Assembly: GCA_963843375.1 (NCBI GenBank)
Contig: CAWJKT010000004.1
Span: 480,001 to 544,000, forward strand
Reading direction: 5' to 3'
Origin: an uncultured Pseudomonadota bacterium
GTDB taxonomy: Bacteria > Oederibacteriota > Muellerivitia > Muellerivitales > Muellerivitaceae
Length of the DNA stretch: 64,000 nt
The notes beneath the pieces were generated by a model. The model saw nothing but the letters and a program-made list of their open reading frames with translations, ran no database searches and was not told the DNA's origin. The position numbers were made by a program, and so were the translations under genes. Each line of letters opens with the position of its first letter. Positions within the stretch are counted from its first letter, which is position 1. Of the stretch, positions 56,549-64,000 are shown in pieces.

Positions 56549-56979
56549 TCGGCTGAGCGCAGCCGACTGCGGCCCCGGGTCGACTGGCTCAGAATATCGG
56601 CCCGCACCGAGCCGGACATGTCGTCGGCGATCGATCTCACCGAACACGATGAAGCGCAAGCACGCCGCGCGAACCGAAAAACATTCCGGACGATACGCGA
56701 AAGATCGCCGGACGAACAGGTAGCGAGCAAGGGGACCATGAACGGCAATCTGCGTCGCATGCGGAGGTCGCAGAGCACGCGGCGTGACCGCGTCGATTGT
56801 TGCGGCGACGCGGCCATGGCCCGCATCGTTTGGGCTCGCAGAGGAGGCGCGTTGAACCCACAGCCGCGAGCAAGCCAACGGCGGTGTGGCACGCGATGGC
56901 AGATTCAGGGGGTAGTCTGAGGAGGCCCGCGCTGGTCCTGGACTTGCCGTGATCTGGCCGGGCGACTGAGAGGCCTCTC

Positions 56980-57699
56980 ATGGTGAAGAAGAACCGATCG
57001 TTCGTCGCGTTGGCCGTTTCGCTTGCGGCGCCGGCCCTGACGGGCTGCAGCAGTCCGCCGCCCGTCGCGGCGGCAGACGCGGGGAGCGATTCGCAAAGCA
57101 CGTCGGGCTCCGGGGGTTCTTCGTCCGGTTCCTCGGGCTCGTCGAGCTCCGGCGGATCCGGCCTCAAGTGGTACTTCACGTGCGGCGACCCCGTATGCCA
57201 CGTGCCCTCGGGCGATGCCGGCGGCCTGACCGACGACGCGGGCGTCCCCTGCCCCGACATCGGCTCGAGCTGCTCGGCGGCGGGCGAGCAATGCGGGACG
57301 CGCAACCCAGATTTCAACTGCGGCGCCGTCGAGCAGTGCGATACGCATGATCCCACGATGAACCCCGGCGGTTGCCCCATCTCCAGCCGCGCCTTCAAGG
57401 ACGGCATCCGGTACGTCGACGGCGCCGGCCTCGAGCAGCTCCACGACGAGACCCTTCGCCTTCGACTCGCGACGTACCGCTACAAGCCCGAGGTGTCAGA
57501 CCCGAGCCGCGAGCACCTCGGGTTCATCATCGAGGACACACCGCCGACGAGCCCCGCGGTCGACGCCCGGCGCGATCACGTCGACCTGTACGGATACATG
57601 AGCATGCTGGTGGCGACCATGCAGGTCCAGGACAAGGAGATCGCCGACCTTCGCCGCGAGCTCGCGGTAGCGCGCGGTGGGAACCGGTGCCCTCAATGA
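56980..57699 (+). CDS. lipoprotein with Cys-rich domain and peptidase S74 / intramolecular chaperone (tail-fibre type) domain
   Basis: LTGC lipobox; SSRAFKDGI, YRYK, HLGFIIED, VDLY, C-terminal coiled coil. Confidence 0.75.
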   Translation: MVKKNRSFVALAVSLAAPALTGCSSPPPVAAADAGSDSQSTSGSGGSSSGSSGSSSSGGSGLKWYFTCGDPVCHVPSGDAGGLTDDAGVPCPDIGSSCSAAGEQCGTRNPDFNCGAVEQCDTHDPTMNPGGCPISSRAFKDGIRYVDGAGLEQLHDETLRLRLATYRYKPEVSDPSREHLGFIIEDTPPTSPAVDARRDHVDLYGYMSMLVATMQVQDKEIADLRRELAVARGGNRCPQ

Positions 57700-58104
57700 C
57701 GGCGCGCATCCGAGTCGGGCTCTCACGCCCCGAAGGTGCCCAGCCCCTTCACGCCCTCGCTGTGGCGGCGGTCACGGCTGGCTCTGCTCGGACGCTGCGT
57801 CGTTCATCGCGGGGGCGGTGCCCCAATCGATGGCGCCCGACTCGCGGGAGCAGCCTGGGCCACCGTGGCACCGCCTCGTGGCCTCCGGCGTTCGCCACCG
57901 TGCCCCCCTCCCTCGTCGTCGTCGCGATCGTTTACACGACGCTGTTCGTCGCGTCGTCGTCACGACAGTGATAACAGGAGGCGAGCACTTCCTGTCATGA
58001 TTCCGAGGCCGAGTTGCGGTCCACGCGACCCTACGGCCAGCTCAGGCTCCGGCGGGACCTGAACTTTGCCCGAACCGTGGACCGACCTTAATATCTTGGC
58101 CGCC

Positions 58105-58521
58105 ATGCCCTCCCTTCGCAGCCAGCTCGACGCGCTCGCCGCCAATTTCGCCAACCAGGTCCTCGCCGCCCTGCAGGGCGCATCGCTCCATGAACTCGTG
58201 TCGGGGGGAGGAAGCACGGTCGCTAACGGCCGTCGGGGACCGGTAGCCCGTGGGGGCGTTACGTCTGACCCGCTCGCAACTCCGGCGAAGAGGGGAAAGA
58301 ACGGGCGTCTCCCCCGCCGCTCGGACGAACAGATCCTGGCGGCGCTCAACAAGATCGTCCTGCTCGTGAAGACGCACAAGGACGGCCTCCGAGCCGAGGA
58401 GATCCGCTCGAAGCTCGGCCTGCTGCCGAAGGAGATGCCCCGTATCCTGAAGGAGGGCATCTCGACGAAGAAGCTCACGAGCAGGGGTCAAAAGCGGGCG
58501 ACGACGTACATCGCCCGGTAG
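58105..58521 (+). CDS. small basic putative DNA-binding protein
   Basis: N-terminal amphipathic helix, basic linker, GLRAEEIRSKLGL...GQKRATTY winged-helix-like end. Confidence 0.7.
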   Translation: MPSLRSQLDALAANFANQVLAALQGASLHELVSGGGSTVANGRRGPVARGGVTSDPLATPAKRGKNGRLPRRSDEQILAALNKIVLLVKTHKDGLRAEEIRSKLGLLPKEMPRILKEGISTKKLTSRGQKRATTYIAR

Positions 58522-58670
58522 CGGTCGTCATCTGGGCAGCGCAAGCGTCGTCGCCGGGCTCTCGAAGCATGTCCGAGCTCCACCCGCACCTCGTCCGTGA
58601 GTGTCAGCGGTTCAGTCCGCGAGACGTCGACACCGATCTCACGCCGCATCACTGCCATCATGAACGAAGA

Positions 58671-59489
58671 TCATGAGAGGCGTCGGTGCGACGTGGGGAC
58701 ATCACTCGCCGCGAGGGAAGGCACTCGCGATGCTTCGGTGGTCGATGCCGTACCCTCGTCACGCCCGTGGCCACGGACCGTTCTGCTGAGCGTCGCCCCG
58801 GCCGCCAGGGGCCGCAAACGGCCGATCCGGTGAGCGGGAGCCGCAAGCGCGACCGCGCGAAGCCGGCGGATCGCGGAAACGTTCGCAGCCACGGCGATCA
58901 GCCCCACGGCAATGACGACAGGGCAATACTCTACCGAGGGTCGCAATCCGAAGCGGAGTATTCCCAGCCGCGAGGCGGCCGTGAGGGCGACGCCCGCCCA
59001 TAGTACGGCCGCGCGTTCGGGACGTCGCATCATGCTCGGCGGCACGGGGACGCCGGCCGCTTCCGCTTTGGCGCTCCCGTAGCTCACCATGAACGAGCCG
59101 ACCAGCGCGACGAGCACGAGCTCCAGCACCGGCAGGCTCTCGCGAAAGAAAGCGCCGAGGCCGCCCAGCGCGAAGGCCTCCTGATAGCGGTCCGCCGCGG
59201 CGTCGAAAAGAGCGCCGGCGGTCGAGGCGGTGTGCGTTCGCCTCGCGACAGGCCCGTCCAGCGCATCGCCCACGCACGCGACGAGCAACCCGCAGGTCGC
59301 CCATCCGAAGTCGCCGTGCGCGAGGGCGATTCCGGACGCTGCCCCCACGAGAAGGGCGCAACCGGTGACGGTGTTGGCGGACACCCCAGTCGCAACCAGT
59401 GCGTCGACCAGCGGGAGCGTGGCCGTCGTGAACGCGGCGCGGACACAGCTCCTCGCGCGGCCGGGACTGGCTGCCCTCCCTGGCGTCAC
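58671..59489 (-). CDS. CDP-alcohol phosphatidyltransferase
   Basis: DALDGPVARR...GALFDAAAD signature; true 3' end uncertain. Confidence 0.85.
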   Translation of the reverse strand: MTPGRAASPGRARSCVRAAFTTATLPLVDALVATGVSANTVTGCALLVGAASGIALAHGDFGWATCGLLVACVGDALDGPVARRTHTASTAGALFDAAADRYQEAFALGGLGAFFRESLPVLELVLVALVGSFMVSYGSAKAEAAGVPVPPSMMRRPERAAVLWAGVALTAASRLGILRFGLRPSVEYCPVVIAVGLIAVAANVSAIRRLRAVALAAPAHRIGRLRPLAAGATLSRTVRGHGRDEGTASTTEASRVPSLAASDVPTSHRRLS

Positions 59490-59950
59490 GGGGCAGCCCT
59501 CACCGTCTCGCGCGGCGCCGCGGGGGGAGTGTGCACGACCAGCACGTTGCGACGCGCCCTGTTGACGACGTTGGCTGCGGTGGTTCCAAGAAGACGATCG
59601 ATGCCCTTGTAGCCGTGGCTACCGATGACGATGAGATCGGCGTCGAGCTCATCCGCCACTTCCAGGATGACGCGCCATGCCTCACCCGTGCGCACGATCG
59701 GCTCTTGGAGGTCCACCTCGGGATTCCGCCCCTCGAAGTGCCGGAGAGCCTCGAGCGCGCTGTTCGCCAGGAACGTCGACAGCGGATCGGCAAGACTGCC
59801 GGCTGCAGCAGCGGGGAACTCCGGAGGAATCGACACGACGCGAAGCGGGTGGAGCCTCGCGGCGAAGCGCCCCGCGATCTCGGAGGCCGCGTCGAAGACC
59901 CCCTCCGTGCGCGACGAACTGTCGAGCGCGACCAATACTCGGGCGATCAC
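59486..59950 (-). CDS. universal stress protein
   Basis: VLVALDSS, LIVIGSHG, LGTTA. Confidence 0.9.
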   Translation of the reverse strand: MIARVLVALDSSSRTEGVFDAASEIAGRFAARLHPLRVVSIPPEFPAAAAGSLADPLSTFLANSALEALRHFEGRNPEVDLQEPIVRTGEAWRVILEVADELDADLIVIGSHGYKGIDRLLGTTAANVVNRARRNVLVVHTPPAAPRETVRAAP

Positions 59951-62900
59951 GCGTGCACCTCGGCGAGGGGCCCCTCGGGCGCGTGGTCGTCGTCGGCAAC
60001 TCTCCTCTTCGCGAAGAACAGGAACATCACCGGCACGAGGAAGAGCGACAACACCGTCGACGAGGTGAGGCCGCCCACCACGGCGAGCGCCAGCGGCTGG
60101 TTGGCCTCGGACCCTCGCTCGAGCCCCATCGCGGTCGGAATCAGTCCGATGACCGTGGCGAGGCTGGTCATCGCGATCGGCACGAACCGCGATCGGGCCG
60201 CCGCCACGATGGCGTCGACCTTCTCGGCGCCTTCGTCCTCGAAGCGGCGGTTCGCGTCGTCCACGAGCAGGATCCCGTTGGAGACGGCGATGCCGATGAC
60301 CATCAGGATTCCCATGAGCGCGGTGATCGAGAAGCCCTGCCCCGCGGCCATGAGCGCCAGAACGATGCCGGTGAGCGAAACGGGGATCGTGAAGAGCATG
60401 ACGAACGGAAGCCGCAGCGACTTGAACTGCGAGGCCATGATCATGAAGACGACCATGACCGCGAGCCCCAGCGCGAGCCCGAGCCCCGAGAACGTGGTGC
60501 GCATCAAGTCGACCTGACCGACGAAGCGATAGTCGACATGGCGAGTCCGTGGATCCGACTTGAGCGCCGCCTCCAGGGAGTCGGCGGCGGATCCGATGTC
60601 ACGCCCTTCGGTCTGCATGAGCACGTGGGCGACGCGCGAGAGGTGATTCCTCTCCACGGCGACGGCGCCCACGTCGCGCCGGATATTGCCATATGCCCCG
60701 AGGAGAACGGGGTTACCCTGAGGGCTCACGCGAATCGGGATCCCCCCGAGCGCCCGCGTGTCCGGCACCTGGGTTCCGTCATAGAATGTGACGACGTAAT
60801 AAGACTGACCATTGTTCGAGTCGATCCAGACGCCCGGGGTGTTGATGTTGCCAAGCGTCGCGTCGAGCGTGGTCTGCGCCGCGTCGCGTACGTTCGTTCC
60901 GACGAGCCCCGCCTCTTCCCGGTTCGTGTCGACATGGATCTCGGGGTAGTCGATCTGAAGGGACTCCTTCACATCGCGGATGCCCGGGATCGTCCGGGCC
61001 ACCTCGGCCACGGCCTTCGCTTCCTCGTCCAGCTGGGCGAGGTTGTCGTTGTGGACTTCGACCACGAACGGCGCCGTGTACCCGTTCGCGAAGACGCTGG
61101 CCACGAGCCCGCCCGGATACTGCAGCACTTCCACGCCGGGAAAGTCTCTGGTGAGGATGGCGCGGGCGCGGGTCGCAATGTCGGACTGCGAGAGCGTTCG
61201 CTTCTCGGGATCGGAGAAGGCGATGCGCATGTAACCGGTGTTGGGGGCCACGTTCGGGCTCACCAGGAGGCTACGGGCATTCTGGGGCATTCCGACGTTC
61301 GCCACCACCATCTCGACCGTGCCCTCGGGGAGTTCCCGGGTGAGGGCGTGACCCATCTCGGTCATCTCCTTTGCCGCGTTCTCGACGGAGACACCCGGAG
61401 CGAAGCGGACGTACAGCATGTCCATCGCCTCGTCGATCTCGGGGAAGAAGGTGCTCGGGAGTCTGGCCGCGGCCCACCCCGAAGCGGCGACCAGGACGAA
61501 GGCGGCGGCGACGATGGTGAACCGGAACGGGAGCACGACCCGAAGCGACCGCGAGTAGCCGTCCGCGATCCGATCGATCACGCCTTCGACGGCTTTGCCG
61601 AAGCGCCCGTGTTCGGCATGGCCGAGGAAGTACCGACAGGCGACCGGCGTCACCGCCATACTGACGAAGTACGATGCGATCATGGCGACGGCGACGGTGA
61701 TCGCGAGCGGTGCAAAAAGCTTGCGCGCGAGGCCGGCGAGGAGCACGACGGGAAGCAAGACCGCCATCGTGGTCAGGGTGGAAGCGAGCACGGGAAGCGC
61801 GACGGCGTTGGTCCCCTTCAGCGCGGCTTCGGCGGTGCTCATGCCCATCCGCTGATGGCGGTGAATCGATTCGAGCACGACGACGGCGTCGTCCACGAGA
61901 CGTCCCATGGCCAGCGTAAGGCCGCCGAGCGTGAACGCGTTCAGCGTCTGGCCCGTCGAGTAGAGGACGATGAGCGTGATCGCGAACGACAGCGGGATCG
62001 CGACGGAGACGATCATCGTCCCGCGAACGCTCTGCAGGAAGAGCAGGATGACCATTGCGATGAGGAAGAGTGCCTGGATGATCTCCTTCTTCAGGCCGTG
62101 GTAGGCGGTCCTGACGAAGAGCGATTGGTCGAAGTAGACCTTGGCCTGCATCCCGGGCGGCAGATCGCTCAGGCCCTCGACGACCTTCTTGACCGCGTCC
62201 ACGATCTCGATCGTGTTTCCACCGGGAATGCGCAGGACGTTGAGAAGGACCGCGTCCCTGCCCGTTGACCGACACGATCTGGGTCTCGGGAGTTCCACTG
62301 TCCTCGACCCGGGCGACGTCCTTGATGAGCACGGGCTTGTCGCCGACGACCTTCACCGGGGCATCACCGATGGTCGAGACGCGCTTCGGGATGGCGTTCG
62401 TGTAGACGTTCGCGTCGAAGTTCGGGGAGATGAACTCGCCGGAGGGCAGGAGGGCGTTCGACCGCGCGGCCGCAGCGGCGATATCTTGCGCGGTCACACG
62501 GCGAGCTTGAGCCTTCGTGGGATCGACGACGACATTGATCTGTCGCTGCCGACCGCCGTCCGGTGCGGCGCTCGCTACCCCGGAGATCCCTTCGAGCAGC
62601 GGCTCGATGTTGTTGAAGGCGTAGTCGTAGAGCTGCGGTCCGGTATATCCGGCGCCGCTCACGACGACCTGGCAGACAGGCGCGTTGGAAGGATCGTACT
62701 GGAGGACGAAGGGAGGGAGCACGCCCAGAGACTTCGGGATGGCCGCCATCGCGAAGCCGGCCTGGGATTGCACCAGGGTCTGCGCCGCGTTCAAGTCGGT
62801 TCCCCACTTGAGCCAGACGTAGATGACGCTGAAGTTGTTGCGCGAGAGACTCTCGACGTGGTCCACGCCTGGTGTGGCGCTGACATACTTCTCCAGGCGC

Positions 62901-63088
62901 CAGCTGATCGTCTTCTCGACGTCGCGTGCCGCGAGACCGGGCGCGAGGGTGCCGATGATCGAGACCGGCGGGGTGAGCTCCGGGAAAGTGTCGACCGCCA
63001 TCCGCGGCGTCACGACGCCGGCGAAGACAACGAGGCCGAGGCAAAGCATCAGGACCGCGATCGGGTTGCGCAATGACAGCGACGTCAT
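59947..63088 (-). CDS. RND efflux permease, AcrB/AcrD/AcrF family (single frameshift near 62260)
   Basis: DTFPEL, GRLVDDAVVVLE, SNGILLVD, SRFVPIAMT. Confidence 0.93.
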
Positions 63089-64000
63089 GGTTTGACCTCC
63101 GCGCGCGCGTCTTGCGCGGCGGCGTCCGGCGCGGCGGTCGGCACGGCGCTGTGCCCGGTCTCGGCCTCCGTGACGGTCACACGGTCTCCGTCGGCCAGGA
63201 GCGCCCGTCCTTCCGTCACGACGTTCACCCCTGGAGCAAGCGCGGTCTCGAGGTAGAGCTCGCTGCCTTCCTCTCCTTGCACGGCGAACGTCTTCTTCCT
63301 GGCGATTCCGTCTTCGACGACGAACAGGGCCGCCTTGGAGCCGGAGATCGAGGCCGCCGTGAGAGGCACCGCGGTGGCGGGTTTGGGGGTACCGACCTGG
63401 ATTCGAACCTCCCCGGTCGTGTTGACCGGGATCTCGCGGGTTGCGTTGTCGAGATCGACCTCGACGTGCACCGTCCGCGTGTCGGGATCAGCGGCCGGCG
63501 AGCGTCGAGCCACCGCGCCGACGACTTGTTTGCCCGTCGCCAGGACGTTGATCGACACCGGCGTCTTTGCAGCAACGGAGTCGAAGTCGATCTCCGGGAC
63601 GTCGAAGGTCATCCGGACCGTGTTCCGATCCACCAGTGTCACGAGAGAAGCGCCAGGCCGGACGAAGGCGCCGGGATCGATCGAGCGGACCGAGATCTCC
63701 CCGTCGAAGGGGGCACGCATGATGCAGTCGCCTACAGCCAAGCTCGTGGCCGCGAGCTTCGCCTTCTGCGACGCCAGTTGTGCTTCCTCCGCCGCGCTCT
63801 GAGATTGCTTCTGCTCGGCTTCGTTCGGCGAGACGTATCCGCCGTCCAGCAGGGTATTGAACCGCGCCGACTCGTCGGCGATGGCCTTCTGCCGGGCATC
63901 GATGGCCCGCGCCTCGGCGGCGACGGCCTGGCTCGAAGCGCTCGCGTTACGGCAATCGAGGGTCGCGAGCACGTCGTTGCGTTTGGCGACCGCGCCCGGC
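63085..64000 (-). CDS. RND periplasmic adaptor (partial, start outside the window)
   Basis: alpha-hairpin, RAPFDG, DPDTRT, AVPLTA. Confidence 0.9.
   Translation of the reverse strand, partial: PGAVAKRNDVLATLDCRNASASSQAVAAEARAIDARQKAIADESARFNTLLDGGYVSPNEAEQKQSQSAAEEAQLASQKAKLAATSLAVGDCIMRAPFDGEISVRSIDPGAFVRPGASLVTLVDRNTVRMTFDVPEIDFDSVAAKTPVSINVLATGKQVVGAVARRSPAADPDTRTVHVEVDLDNATREIPVNTTGEVRIQVGTPKPATAVPLTAASISGSKAALFVVEDGIARKKTFAVQGEEGSELYLETALAPGVNVVTEGRALLADGDRVTVTEAETGHSAVPTAAPDAAAQDARAEVKP

Noticed and set aside
56980..57699. Prophage inferred from the tail-fibre-type domain
   Set aside because: No capsid, terminase or tail genes; the protein has a lipoprotein signal
59677..62268. Long ORFs antisense to or overlapping real genes (e.g. 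863 aa here, 724 aa at 40072-42246, 1315 aa at 21034-24981)
   Set aside because: Shadow or off-frame ORFs expected at high GC; Arg/Ala/Pro-rich with no motifs of their own

Overview
GC-rich bacterial chromosomal window. Gene content (Cys-rich CGDG/CDDG repeats, MYXO-CTERM-like tails, Ser/Gly-linker lipoproteins) points to a myxobacterium of the Polyangia type; this is an inference. Several stretches carry many single-base indels, most likely long-read consensus errors, so many genes are split across frames. Main blocks: (1) 0.5-4.6 kb redox and housekeeping genes (NDH-2, Cof HAD, flavoprotein disulfide reductase). (2) 5.6-17 kb co-oriented minus-strand copper cluster: ECF sigma factor, lipoprotein multicopper oxidase fused to two CBM5/12-like modules, hairpin-less CusB-like adaptor, CusA, putative beta-barrel protein, YtkA-like lipoprotein, CC-motif barrel and redoxin. 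(3) 17.9-38 kb secreted/surface hydrolases and a giant fibro-slime protein, plus a 42-bp x8 tandem repeat. (4) 38-46 kb signalling genes, thiolase and sugar-type ABC transporter. (5) ISL3 element followed by a mobile-element-like remnant: ParB-RHH fusion, RecA-like AAA ATPase and ArsR. (6) 51-64 kb OmpA, degraded ClC channel, USPs, lipoproteins (one with a peptidase-S74/ICA domain), a nucleoid-protein-like gene and an RND pump. The best candidate for an undescribed system is the TolC-less Cus-like cluster attached to a carbohydrate-binding laccase. All calls come from reading the sequence; no database searches were run.
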